A DNA stretch of 64,000 bases, taken from positions 24,118,001 to 24,182,000 of the forward strand of contig OZ281496.1 of assembly GCA_965637545.1 (NCBI GenBank), written 5' to 3'. Under the pieces are notes generated by a model, which ran no database searches, was not told the origin of the DNA, and was given only the letters and a program-made list of their open reading frames with translations. Source of the DNA: Phallusia mammillata. Taxonomy: Eukaryota. This document shows, one piece after another, positions 40,191 to 54,251 of the stretch. The stretch's first letter is position 1. The number at the start of each line of letters is the position of its first letter. The position numbers were made by a program, and so were the translations under genes.

Positions 40191-43100
40191 ATGACTTCCA
40201 CTTACGATACAAACTCAAGAGGTAAAATTGGTTTAAGAATTATAGTTTCTGTTATTTAAAATAATACAAATGTTTTTTTTGTATTTACAGCAGTACAAAA
40301 TCGCAAACCTATTTACGTTCAAATTCCAACTGTACCCGGAGTTGACGAAGAAGGTAAGAGGATGTGATTTAGGCATCTGTGTAGGCTTTAGATTCTAGTA
40401 ACACAAACTTGGCATAAAATAAGCAAAACTTTAACAGAAAAGGTGCTGTAAAATAACAAGTTGTATAATTTAACGCCTAGCAACGCCCAGGCATCATTTA
40501 AAAGGCCAAGTTTTTCGAAGCCTTATTTGCTTACGGTTTGCGTGTGGTCTAAGTCAATGATTAATGTGTGGAACCGAACCGGCAAAACTAACACAGACCA
40601 CTTAGGCTTCTTCCTGGATTAACGTACATCAGTTGTGCGATTCGCCAATGTCAAAGTTTTTCGTTAGGCGCAATACAGAACCTGGCATTGTTCGCATGCC
40701 TGTTGTCTAAACAAGTGGGTGGGATAGCTCGGCGTTTTGCCCTTACGTCACCCTAGGGAGAATGATTTGTGGCTTTGGCGCTTGAGATTTTAACCAGTGT
40801 TTTGAAAGCTTGTCGAGGTTTGAAGATTTTGTGGTCAAGTTTATGATTTTGCTCAAATAAGACCTAGTGATTGAGATGATTTGGGTTATCACTCATATAA
40901 TTAGTACAGCTCTTTAATTTCCAGTCTTTTAACCGAGTAGTTATTGAATAAACAGGATAAGTTCAAGACAGCAAATAAATAAACCAGCGAAATAGCAGAC
41001 TATCGCTATATTATTGCAGATAGCATTTGACTTCAAATAGCAAAATAGTCTGCGGAGTTGCATAGAAAAGCAGTTGAACAGAACAGCAACAAAACCGAGT
41101 AACCTGGCTACTATTGTAGATAGCATTTTTCATTCAATAACAAGTCTGCGCAGTTATTCTCACATTTTTCACCCGGGCCACGTCCAGCCGGGCCTTATCG
41201 CGCCTTTTACCGCAAGTACAAGCTTTGCCGTGTTCACGTGGGAGTGTGTCAGACGCTCGAATCGCATTTTTCCCGAAAAGCCGCTCATATTATGCCGGCA
41301 GCCTGGAACTGTGGCTGTTTTCGGTTCAGCACATGGCAAGTGTTGTGTCACCCATGTCTGTCGCGGTCGCTGCTTATCGTCAGCCGCAAATTCCGCCCTT
41401 ATCACTTCTTACGGAGTTAATTGTGGAAGTGGAACTTAGTGCAGAGTGCAACTTTGGCATTGTTTGATTTTTGCCTATTAGACTGGAAAGGCTTTTTCTT
41501 TGCAAGTTTATAACTGACGAGTTAAAGTGCATAAAGTGCATTAAGTATATTTTTTCGGTTCTATTCGAATAAGAATATTCCGTTTTTTACGGATTAGTTT
41601 GCCGTGGTTGTTACGTTTGATGTGAAATAACCTTCAACTATTCAATATCACCAAAACAATGATTTTTTTTCTAATTGAGACGGCGTTATTGGTGCGAAAA
41701 TACCCACAACAGGCATGGCCGCTTTTGTAGCTTTGATTTGAACGTGGCTAACCATGTATATGCACGCAAGGAATGCCTTCTGTTCATTGGCGAAACTGCA
41801 AAACCACGAATCAGTGGCACTCTCGCTCTCCGAATCCGACACTGGCGTTTTGAAGTGGCAAGGGGCAGCATGCAGGAAATATCGCTTCAGTTCGCTTGGT
41901 TGCGTCTGCATAGCATCTGCGTTGCACTTCTTTGTATCTGTCAAGTTAGATATGTTGGTAAATGCGTTGTTTGTTGTTGGACATCCGCTCAGAGAACTGG
42001 CTCATGAATTTTTGAGGCGAATTGAATTAAAGCAAACGATTTTATGTGCCAAACGTGATCGAAAAAGCTTAAAATTTAGGCCTGCTTTATGTTATTAATG
42101 TCAGCCTCAGATAAAATAATATTTTGAAAGAAAAGCGCTACGGTTGTAAGTAACCTATTGCTTAAAATTTTCGAATATGGAAGCGCGTTTTTCTCTCAGA
42201 AAGACTCGTAATTTGAGATCGACCTCTATGTTTAGTTAGGGAACGTTTATGCCTTTTGGGGATTTACTTTTTTAGTGAAGATGGACAGGAATCTATGGTA
42301 TCTCTAGCCGCTTAGATCAGTTCAACTTCGAGACTAAAAGGCGCCTTAGGCTGTGTTGCAACGCAGTTATGTACCATAAGCATCAGAGCGGCATAACAGT
42401 GGTGGGTTGGAAAGGAATTCGCCTGATAAGGTCTGAAATTGATTGGCAGGCTGACTTCAGAGCTCTAGGAAGTTGTACATGGGCGAGTGCGCCAAATTTA
42501 GGTGCCCTGTTCAAGCTTGAAATTCTTGTTGTTTGCTGGCCTGTTGTGCAAAACGCAATTGATTAGCACGTGATGTTCGCTATATAGCAGGTGTTGGAGG
42601 TAAGAGGTATAATAGCTGAACAGGTGCAGGAATTTGTATTTCAAATGGACCGAGACGAAAGTCAAGAGTTTGTATTTGGTCAATGAAGAGATTCCTGTCA
42701 ATGGGATTGCATAGGAAAGAGTGGAAAGAACTTTGCCATTAAAATTATATATCACGAAAAACGTTAGATTATAACATTGGTGCACCATTATCGTAGCTGC
42801 TATAATTGCGTCAGGGTAGTAAGAGCCGAAGCAATCTGCAAAAGGCCAAGCTTTTAAGTCCTAAAGGATTCAAAGCGCAGGTCACCGTAATGGCGATGGC
42901 CTGTGTGCCGCTATTTGATCACCAATTGCTATTTCCTACCTTAGATTCATGCCTTGTTGCTTATTCCTCTGGGAAAACGCAAATGCTGTGTCGGTCGCGA
43001 ATGAACAGGCCTCCCGGCGTATTTGGATGTAACTATCGATCGAGCCTTGTGCTTTGAGTTTCCCGAAAGCCACATGCAGTTTCAGTGATGTTTCATTTAT

Positions 43101-46100
43101 CACCATACCGCTGGTAGAAGGCCGTGTAGGAATCAATAGTGATGTGTATAAGATTGACGATTAATAAAGAGCAAGTGCTTGCCGTCTTGAAGCAGCGACA
43201 GTCAATAAAAAGTCATTAACTGACATTTTTTTGAATTTTGACTGTCAAAGATTTAGTAACATTTGTTAATGCAGGCACGGACTAAAGAAGGTTTTTATGA
43301 TTAGCTTGACCTGTCACAGATTTAAATTTTAACACACAGTATACAGTTAGGTATAAGATAGTTAAGTTAACACAGCAAACAAGCGTGGGAAAGTCGTACT
43401 AGCAGAGCCAGTATCAGCACTGGGAAATATTTTATGTGTACTCCAATTTACCTTAGTCCTCAAGGACCCATGTTATACCAATACATGGTGTTCCCACGAT
43501 TACAAAACACAGTTATGTAGTGCACAGCTCCAACAAGGACATGAGCAGCTTTTCATACCTCGTTCATACATTCCATTTGAGCTCGCGCCCACGTTGAACA
43601 TAACGACAAGGGTTAAATATAGACGGTCTGTTGTCGCAGTGTAATGTGTATTTGACTCGCAGTACTTGTGAACAGACATTCCTCAGTGACGCCGGGGCGT
43701 TTATTTTTGAACACTCAACAAGTGGCAGATATGTTGAAGCCCTGAGCAGTGCGGGTTCGGTTACAGCTTGTGGTATTTGCAGTCGCCTTTTTGGCTTATC
43801 GAACCGGCATGATCTGGCTGCCATTTCGGAAACTTGGTTACTGTGTCTTGCGCAAAACCTTTAGTGATAAATGCTTTACTTTGAGATTTCTGCTCAATTA
43901 TGGTCAACGAGTGATGCTAAATATTTTCTCGTCAACCAACATAACATTTAAGTCAAATATAACAAATATGGTTTCCAAAAGCAAACATCGATGTTTGAGT
44001 CAAAATGCCTTCTTTCATATTGTTCAGTGCAATCTCTAGTCAATGTAGGCAAATTTGTTACGACTTGATTTTTCGTCTGCACAGACCCGGATTCTGTTGC
44101 CGTGGATGACGGCAGGGCTTCGGATTTAGATGAACCCGACCCTTCCCTGATGGCAAAGCTTGGCTTGCTTGTCGGAGATCAAAGGTACGCAAATTGCTAG
44201 TGGCATCTGCTTGACGATCAATACATTGCTGCAGTATTCAATAATTTTCTATTCACCGTTGCAGAGTCAGTCATGTAAAAACCACCAGCCACCCCCATCC
44301 AGTCCTGGATCACGCGAAAATCGGTGCTACCATACAAACTGCTGAGGGCAAGAAAGATAAGACTACAAGTCCTGCCTCTACTCTTTCCGATAAAGGCATA
44401 GGTAAAAACTAAAATTCTCCTACTAGACTTAACTCAAAATTTTCAAGGTTTCAATTGCATGAACTTGTAAATCGATTCTGTTTTTTGTTGTAAAGGTTTA
44501 AATTAAATCATCGTTGTTGCTATAATCAAGGGCATATTTAAATTATCATAGTCAATACCACGTACTCCATTTTCTGAATATGCTATCAGCTAAATTAAAG
44601 TATCTTTAGTTCAAACGTTAGGTTTCAATCCTTCCTGTTGCCTTAAACTTAATATCTTCTAACGTTTAGTATTTCTCGCAACAGGAAGCAGCGTTGGATC
44701 GTTCGACTCTGAACTTCGCAACTTCCCTTCAGCCTACCTTGTGTCACCATACGATGCAAGTCGATCAGGATCTCTAGACTCAAGAAAACAAGACATATTT
44801 GATCCTTCTATTGACGAGACGCCGATACCCAATCACTCCCGAAGCTCTTCGGATATCATTTGCCACTCTGGAGCTTAGTGAGTAATTGCAGTACTTTGTT
44901 TGGAGCAAAACGGGCGCCAGCTAAAGTGGCTCCGATGCTGCGGAAACTAATGAATGCCAACAGCGTAACGGTGGTAGCAGGGCTACTTTTGTAACGGTCA
45001 CTGTAAAATTTCCTTTGTGGGGTTAAATTAAAGTATACGCAAACCCAAAGCCTGTATGCGCAAAATGTGTGAAGGCATATGGTGTGCACAATAATTGCAT
45101 GTCTAAACGTTTTGGTTTTTGCCTTTTCAGTTCAGCCAACGTGATGCAAGCCAAGTTAGCCGAACAGTCAAGTGCAAGTTTGTGGAACTCTGATCCTCGA
45201 CGCGGTAGCGCTTCCGGAGGAAGAACTTCTTCCGTGAGACCTCGCCGACCCTCCACAAGGAAGCAAAGAATACCAGATGATTCATCTATGGAAAGAGGTA
45301 CAAAAAATATCTATCTTACTTGAAGGTATCTAACAAGGTTTTTAATACTATACATTGAAAAATACTACAAAGTCATGTAACTCCGAATATTAAGCTTGTA
45401 CTTGAGAATAGTCGTTTATTCACAAAGATAGGGATGTGTGCAACATAAACCGAAATACGAGACATTATTGCCAGCAAAAAAGTCTGTTCTCCCGTTCAAC
45501 CACGCCGGCTAGGCCTTTGTAACAGTAAGGGCGCGGCTATTCATCGTCATCGCAAATATCGAACAACAAAGTGATGTAAAGCGGTTTCCGCCCTTCCCGG
45601 CGGTCGCCAATGCTCAATCTATAACTGGACTCGACCGGGTGGTTCAGTTCCCTGATCCAGTAGCCTCGTTGTGAGTTTACTGAAAACATGGCGTTGTCTT
45701 TGTTTATACTGGAACGGATTGAATCGTAAAAATAACTGCTTTACGTGGAACCCGAGGAACTCGCCTCCGTGTTTTAAAGTTTACATTGGAATAGTTACAA
45801 CTCATATACAACGAAAGTGGTCTATCCTGAAAGTTGCTCGCTGTTCATGACGTGGGCAATACCCTTAATTGGCGAATGTATAAGGCGTGACCGTACATCG
45901 CATAAACACAGGTGAAGATGTACTCGAAAGGGCAAAGTATAAACAGCAAAAAACGCCGTAATCTGCGGTTTAAGAGCAAAAGTTACATAACCGGCTTGCC
46001 TAGCATTCCAATTTATATAACGTGTTAATTATATAGGTAATAAAAGCAGTTGTTTCGTAAGATAAGCCTTAACGTGTAAATAGCAATCCTTATGTGCGAT

Positions 46101-49100
46101 TGTATTGTTTTTACAGATGCCAGCTCAGAGGTGACAAAACTCCCACAACTTTGTCGCGACTCCCCAAGCCACTCTACCCGTTCAAGCGTGTCGTCATCAC
46201 GGTCGATCACCCCGGCGGTATCTGTCTGTGAAGTTGGTTCCACCGGCCGCCAATCACTAAAACCTGTAAAGACAAATGTAAGTTGTCGAAACAAACTAAG
46301 ATAAATACACTCATACTGGGATCTGCCTTGAAACGGCCGTGTAATTGTAGACCAGCGATCACAGCATACACATAAATCATAGTACGCCAGGCCCATTGAA
46401 GGCGTTAAACCGAATCAAACCGGTCTCCCAAGCATTGGTCGAAATTTGTAAACTACAACTCATGTGTTTTAATGAGAAAAGCAGATTATATTAGTCTCTT
46501 CCAATGAACGTTTATGAAGCTATGGAGCATTTAATTCAAACAGAACATATTTGTTAATACCAGCTCAGAATATTCCTTACATACCTTCTAATGTAAAACC
46601 TTAATAAATCGAGAAAGAATTCGCAAACTTATTGGCTGTATTGTATTGTAGGGATTCAGCAATGAGCCCCTTCCTCCCCCACCTCCGCCTCCTCCCGTGG
46701 AAGATGGAGATGAGGATCAATCGGTACAAGATCTCCCTCCTCCACCACCACCTCCTATTGATAATGAGGAGGATTTCGAGAAATCTCTCCCCCCTCCGCC
46801 TCTACCTCCAAAAGGTAACCACCATACTGACATTGTTTTCTCCCAATTCGCCATATGTTTTATCAATACATCTTTCTACATATAGAATCCTCACAGTTCC
46901 ACGATCCACAAAACATGCACTCGCTCTCAATGCGTCTCCAGCAACATGTGGATTCCGAAATACAGTACAACGCCCCAACGAGGCCGCCGAAAACCGACTT
47001 AAGTCTTCGCTTGTCGGCGTCCAGGGCATATTCCAATCCACCTACACCCTGCGTTGAGCAAAGGCCTCAGTTTGACCGAATGGTTTCCAGCCAAAGTTAT
47101 GTTGAGGATTCAGGCCGATCGGCAAATAACACTTTGACTGGAAGGCTTAGGTTATCATCGGACGGAAATGTTGGATCACATCATAATGAAGCGACTGAAG
47201 AAACAAGGGGTCGTTTGTGGTAAGTTGCAGCAACACAATGTATTTTCTCAATGCACCTAAACTTGGTCAACAATGTTTTCCCATCCAACGGTATAGAAGC
47301 GATTTCCACTGTACGTTTATAAAGAGTGTACAATAAATTAAAAAACTTTTTTGTTGTGACTCATATATATTACGGCCAGTTTTGCAGATTTTCTATGGCC
47401 AACTGACTCTAATATTTTAACTGTAACAGGGTCCAAGATCCTCGAAGAGAGAGCCCAGTTCAGCCAACACAAGGCCGTTATCCCGCGCTTACATCATCCA
47501 TGTCGACAACGGCGTTGGGACGAGCCGAGTCCATGAGTAGAGTTCCCGAATCCCGCGGGAGATCAATGCACGGAAGTTCGGGCGCCATTTGGGAGAACTC
47601 CCGACCTCACGCCGCCTCCGCTCCACAACCTCCGCCTTTGATGGACACTGGTCACGACGATAGGTAGGTTTGACGTTTGCCTGTATTTGTTGTTACTGGT
47701 TATGGCTGCTTGTACTCTATGGTTTGGTATCACAGCATTGAACTTAACTGTATTAGTCTGTTATGACATTACACTTACGTATTACAGTGTAACGTCTTTT
47801 AGTGAAAAACAGCAAATGTCTGAGATTTAAATCCAATTAAAATTGTGAAACTTTTGCAGAAATTCATCTCCCACTGTAACCTACGACGAAGACACTTTCA
47901 GTCGTCATAGCAACAACAGATCCTCCACCCGTTCCAACCCTGGCGAAAGGAGGAAAATCAGCAACACCGAACAACCCAAAGGTAACTTATATTTAACATA
48001 TTTACGTGCACCTTTGTTTGCGAATTAAGTTTCTGTAAACTATTGTTTGATTTTCAGCGGTTCGCTTTGCCCCTTACCGATCACCAGAGGTCAATCTGAC
48101 ACCTTTGAACTTTGAACTACCGCTTGCTGTCACCAGCGAGACAAAGTTTATTGGGCGGGAATGGGTGTACGGTGATATTCTCAGTTCATTGTCCTGCGGG
48201 GACTCGAAGATGAGCAAGGGTGTGGTACGTATTTATCAATAGAAAAGACCTAGCTTTTCAAAATATATAAGTTGTTTTGCATCGTTTAAATATCGCTTTT
48301 TTTAGGTTGTCATGGGAGGATCAGGTCAAGGCAAGACCACTTTGATCAATCATCTTGTTTCCTACAGTTATCACGGTTTAAGAAACAACAAACAAAACAA
48401 CTCATTAAAGTTCGGAGAAGGTAAGTTTTGTAATACAAACTCCTTTCAACACAGTTGTTGGCAAAACAAAGTCTAACCATGCAATCTTTTAGACACAATA
48501 CGGTCCCACCTGCATCGTTCATCGAGCCCTATGTCCAACGCACGCCAGCTCTATGTTCCTTCGACTGGAAGCCACCGTAGCTCGACCCATTCAAGTCGAA
48601 CCAGCAGCCCAGCGTTCGGCAGTTCAGTCAATAGCAGGGCGGGATCACAAACTTCATTGACCGAGGACTCCTGCCGAAAAGTAGCGTCTCAGGTACGTTG
48701 TTTTTTACTATTCAATTAAGCCATTTCTTACACCGTTTTAACCTATATACAAGGCAGTGTAATGGAAACTTGTGTTTTTGACACTATATTTATTACTTGA
48801 CTGCCAATATAATACATAGGTGGAGGATTATATCGTTTCGTGGTGCATAACCTCGATTCTTTTCTACATAGGTTGTGGCTTTCCATTTCTGCCAATCAGA
48901 CAACAACACGACGTGTTACGTGCCAGAGTTCATCCACAGCATTGCAGCACAACTGACCCAAGCTCCACAGCTTACAGCATACAGAGAACTTCTCATCAGC
49001 GAACCTCACCTGCAGAATCTACTCAGCGTTCGAAGTTGCATTCAAAATCCCACCCAGGCTCTGATGAAAGCAATTATCGAGCCCCTGATCATGCTGAAAA

Positions 49101-52100
49101 GAAGTAAGTCAGTTCAACCCTAATACTGTGTATGTTAAATGGCTTCCCAAAAAGTATGAACTAGAGCTAACACAAGGCCAAGCATTTGCTATTACTTAAC
49201 ATACGTATCATATTTAAAGGTCAAAAGCTGCCAAGATCAAACCTGGTGATCTTGATTGACGCATTAAGCGACGCAGAGCAGTACCGACCTGACTATGGTT
49301 ACTCAATCGTTGGCTTCTTGCAACGACACCTACCCGATTTTCCGGACTTCATCAAAATTGTGGCAACATGTCGCACTGATGACCAAGAGCTCATTTCAAG
49401 TTTTCCGGTTCATTTTATGAGCTTGGATGGTGGGGAGGAAAACCTAAACGTATCACGTGACGCACAGCTCTATATCAGTCACAGGGTGGCAGGAGCAAGC
49501 TGTCTGTCAAATCTCACATTATCAGGTTGGTCAACGAAGTAAAAACAGCATAGATCCAGATGAGCGATAACATATGTGAATGATGTACTTTAAGTATATT
49601 TGATTCTGAATGTAATTGTCATATTTTGTGTAATAGGAAAAACAGACCCAGCAGTAGTTCAAAAGCAACTGGCCCAGCATCTGATCAGAATGGCCAAGGG
49701 AAATTTCCTCTACCTTAGAATGACCCTAGATCTGATGGAGCAAGGTGACATCGTTCCAAAGAGTGCCGGATTTAAGACTGTGCCCCAAAGTCTTCATGAG
49801 GTTTGTGATATTTAATTTACAAGTGAACTTATTTTGTAAGTGATGAAAGTTAAACTTAAACTTATCTTTTGATATTTAGGTCTTCCTATTGAAATGCAAT
49901 CTTCGCTTTATGAGCTACACCTCCTACGATGACGTCAGGAGCATAATTGCGGTAGCATTGGCATCTCTGTACCCACTAAAAGACGAACAACTGTACCAGG
50001 TAAAACAAGGCTCCCTTATGTAATGAACCACTGTTACAAGTGTATTTACCTTCCCTGTAGCACTAACTGTCATATATCATCAATTTTAACCGTTGTTTTA
50101 ATCTTTTAGGCTGTGTGCTGTGGCTTACCCCCCAACGAAGAGTTATCTTGGCCGAAGTTCAAGCAAAGAATGGATTTGCTTACCGACTTCCTCGTCCAAC
50201 TCTCTCCTACCTCGGGCAGGACTTTCTTTCACTCCTGTTTCCGGGAATGGCTTATCGGTCAATCCACACAAGTTCCCACTAACGGCACCCGTAAGTTCGC
50301 CCTGCAACAAATTCCAACTTTTTCTCGGCAACTCTATAACCTATTCGTCTGTTTGCAGTTCAATCATCAAGTCGATTCAAGGTTGACATCAAAGTCGGTT
50401 ACTTCCTCCTGGCTAAAGTCCTGTCAAAGCAGCCCCCTGAGCGTCTGCACAAGCATGCTACACTTGAGTTAGCTCATCACGTACTCAAGGCGTCCATGTT
50501 TAAAAACACGTCGAAGCAAACAGGTTCGTAGTCTAACTTGATGTCTGGAATAATACCAAAAGTGTTGTTTATTTGACCCTGTGTGTTTTATAGGTGTAAG
50601 TGCAAGCGAAAGAAATGCTCATCTTATGGCAGAAAGCAGTCATCAGCTCACAGAAGCGTTGACATCAATTAGAAATCTGTTTTTCCCAAACATGAAGGTT
50701 TGTCATATCTCACATTTCCTCTCTGTGCTTATGAACCTATGTTAATATCAACTACTTTTGTAGGTGAGCAAACTGCTGTTGAGAGCCGGGGCAAACCCAA
50801 ACGTTCCCACTCAGGTATTCTCCAATGCAACTCCATTGGCTGTCGTAGCACACACAGGTAAAGAACGTTGTACTTTGATCTGTTGAATCAAAGTTCGGTG
50901 AAATGCATTCAAATTATATTGATTGACAAGTATCCAAGTTCTAACTAAGGCTTTTTATTTTCAAGGTTGCCTCGAGCTTGCTGAACTGCTGTTGATGTTT
51001 GGAGCTGATGTCAATTTGCCAGCTTCCAACGGTATGTCAGCACTGACATTCGCTGCAGCCGCTGGTAGGCCTCATATGGTGGATCTTCTGCTCCGATATA
51101 GGCCAGCGGTAAGTAAACGGCATGACTGAGATATAACACTTGACCCAAATGTGTAAAAATCCTGAGACTGTAAAATGTTCACAAGTTCATCACTTAATGG
51201 AAATATTTTGCTTGCAGCTGAACCAGGAAGATCACAACGGTCACACTCCTCTCCTTCACGCTATATCACGTGGCCACGCGGATGCTGCCAAGTTGCTGTT
51301 AAACTGCGACCTATACAGAAATGAGCAGTATAGAACTTTCGCGGCACAACAAGCTCTGGTGGCTTCTGCAACCACCGGAGATATAAAGGTAGGATTTTGA
51401 ACAGATAAAATGTATATACACATACAGGAAAAACATGCCAAAAATCTTAATGCATTTTATGGTGCGAATTGCTTGTTGTAGTAATTTAAACGCTAAAATA
51501 TTATTATTTGATTCACAGCTCATGGAGTACCTTCTTGAAAACGATGCCTTCCAATGTGATGTCGACGGCCAGGAGCCATCAAACGGCGAGTCCCCTCTGA
51601 CTTCAGCCGCCGCTCACGGAAAGTCAAGCGCCTGCGAGTTCCTGGTTCGCAAATACAAAGCCAAGATCGAACATCGAAACAAGATGGGCATGACTCCACT
51701 TCTGTGTGCAGTTAAGCACGTAAGTTGAAATGAACGTTTTTCCGTTAAGAAAATAGCATAAAAAACTTCATCTCTTAACGTTGTGCTTTATCACAGGGCG
51801 AATGGGATGCTGCTGATTTGCTGCTTAACTGCGGTGCCTCACTTGAGACACGTGACTTAGGCGGGAAGAGCCCCCTCATTATGGCTGCCTGTAGTGGACA
51901 TCTCGGTGTTTTGGAATTGCTCCTTTCAAGGGGTGCAAATTTGAACGCCGCTGACAGAGAAGGCCTGACTGCATTGAGCTGGGCTGCCTTGCAAGGTAAA
52001 TATAATAATATGTACATGTATGGTTGTGGGTCTATAAGTTATTTTTTTCAGGTACAAAGTGTTCAGTTCTATGCATTCTGCCCAGTAAATGTGTATCATT

Positions 52101-54067
52101 GTCGTAAGGTAGTAAGTTTTTAAACAATTGTATTGTTCATTGTACAGGCCAAGCACTTTGTGTGCGATCCTTGATCAGCAGAAACGCCAATATTGCTCAT
52201 ATTGATTCCAGTGGAAGAACTGCATTGGATCTAGCCGCATTTTTCGGTGATCCCCAGGTATGTCAAGCAAATGTCTATGGTTGTCACACTATACGAGTAC
52301 CCAGAGAGAAATTTTAGTAATTGCCTAACAATATCCTAACTGTTTATAGTTCTCGGTCGTTTGGCTTAGAATTGTAGTAAACCGTTTTTGTTTGCAGATC
52401 GTGGATATTTTGTTAGAAGCTGGATCTGACATAACTCACGTTGATGCTACCGGTATGTGTGCACTAGATCGTGCAATCGGATGTCAAAACATCGCGGTGG
52501 TTGCCAAGCTGTTGCGCAGAGGTGCCCAAATTTTGCCAACGTCGTGGGCAATGGCAACCGGCAAAACTGACGTCACTCTAGCTCTCCTGAGTAAGTTTAA
52601 TAGAATTGTTCAATTCAATAGACGGCTTGTATTACCGCAATTTAAAACGTTACCAACAATATGAGTTAACAAGATAACTTACAAAACAAGTATGTTTGTC
52701 CCAAATTAAAATAAGTGGAAAAATATCCAGTGATAACGTTTTTTGTTTTTTGTTCAGACAAATGCCTTGAAGACGGCAACAACATGTACAAGGCCTATGA
52801 CTGGGACAGCGCCAACGACACGTATGCGCGCGCACTCAAGCATGTCGGTGAATTGAGTTCGTCACGTGCTGATCGCATGACTGCACAAAGCAAGCTTGCT
52901 GATCTCACTGCGCATCTCCTTCTTGGTTACTCGAGGTGTCTAAGGAAATTGGATGACTTAGAAGGAGGTAAGAATATTGCCCTTACTGATTTAAATTTTA
53001 TAAGCCTTGTAAGTGGTTGAATATTTACTTGGTAATATCGGATAAGCGATACACTCAATGTATTGACTTGATTTTCACACCAATTTGTCTATAATTTCGT
53101 TTGTTGGAAGTTCGCGCAATTTGACACTAAACTTTACAACTTTTTGCAGCCGAAAAAACTGCTTCTCGAGCACTGGAGTTGAAACCCCATTGGTACGAAG
53201 CTTTGTACGCCCGCGCCCGCGTCCTTCGCGAGGAATCCAGGCTCCAGGCCGCACTATGTGATGTCATTGAGGCCGAGAAAACCGCTCCTCCCCATAACAT
53301 GAAAGAAATCAAACGACTGATTGAAAGGATTAAGGATGAAATGCGAAAAGGAGGAACGAGGTGGGGATTGTTTTTTTTTATCAAAGAGAATCTTATGAAC
53401 AAGAAACACACATTGCGCATACATTTGTGTTTTTAATATTGTAATGTGTATTTTCTTCTTCTGCAGACATTCACGTCCACCTTCCGCCTCATCCGAAATC
53501 ATTCCCGTTCCTCAACCTCGCCAGCGCCTTAACTCAAACTCCAGCTACCACGGAAACCATGGCAACCACAGCCGCGGTAGTTCACCCTCACCGGCCGTCC
53601 CTGGCGCAGAGCTCTCACGCTCTTATCAACCTCGTTACCATGGATACTCGTCCTCCCAACACGACTCAAGTCACCAGTTGGCGCCCTTGTGTACTGGAGG
53701 ACAAAACCGGATCGGTCGAGGAAACTCCCACGAGAGTTTGGCTGAATCAATGTTGAGTTTGGCTCCTTATCCTCCTGAACCGTCCCCTCATGTGTCGAGG
53801 CGCGGGCAGAACAACGCATCAGCTGGACACCGCGCCTTACCACGAACAAATCCTCACTGCCGCCCTCGTGCGGGTGATTTCAACCGCTCTATGTCGGAAG
53901 AAACGCGAGGTCAAGTAACAAATGGACGCTACCCTTATGAGGAAGATACGAGGTCACTTTGTGGCGATGTTCAACAAATGGCCGCAGACGCTGCCCGGTC
54001 GAACTATCGACGCGTGACGCAACATCACATGGATCCGTCACGTGGTTCATTTGTCACAGACTTGTGA
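40191..54067 (+). CDS. TANC: TANC / rolling-pebbles family scaffold (P-loop, ankyrin repeats, TPR, C-terminal PDZ-binding motif), ~1863 aa
   Basis: 31 phase-consistent GT-AG exons: 40191-40221, 40291-40353, 44085-44184, 44265-44401, 44685-44877, 45131-45297, 46117-46277, 46652-46814, 46886-47219, 47430-47663, 47860-47981, 48058-48224, 48306-48420, 48493-48692, 48872-49103, 49220-49525, 49637-49800, 49880-49999, 50110-50290, 50359-50523, 50594-50697, 50764-50857, 50966-51108, 51218-51388, 51519-51719, 51797-51995, 52148-52257, 52398-52590, 52758-52967, 53150-53360, 53467-54067 (total 5592 nt). TANC-like motifs: EPDPSLMAKLGLLVG, VRFAPYR…FIGREW, Walker A GGSGQGKT, VAFHFCQSDN…CYVPEFIHSIAAQL, LVILIDAL, FFHSCFREWL, LELAHHVLKA, multiple ankyrin repeats, TPR WYEALYARAR, and terminal SFVTDL*. 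The first two exons are the least certain. Confidence 0.93.
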
Positions 54068-54209
54068 TTATTTTGTTTTAGCGACCAAAATTTAGGTCAC
54101 TTGGGATCTTATGTCATCGCTGTGCATTTTCTTCAAGTGTTGTCTTTCACTCTTCTGTAAAGCGCATTTTTGATAAAACAAGGCAAAAAACATCTAAACA
54201 ATACGTAAA

Positions 54210-54251
54210 AATAAATACTACGTAAAAAACACAGCAATTGGACAAAATAAA
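54210..54251 (+). promoter_or_regulatory. Candidate TANC polyadenylation signals
   Basis: AATAAA at 54210-54215 and 54246-54251, downstream of the stop at 54067. Position only. Confidence 0.3.

Noticed and set aside
41074-42098. Cluster of overlapping 60-120-aa ORFs in TANC intron 2
   Set aside because: ORFs on both strands with no motifs or codon-like coherence; consistent with a local shortage of stop codons in GC-richer intronic or regulatory DNA.
42589-42597. Possible 9-nt in-frame microexon (ag|GTGTTGGAG|gtaaga) in TANC intron 2
   Set aside because: Phase-compatible but too short to distinguish from chance without junction reads.
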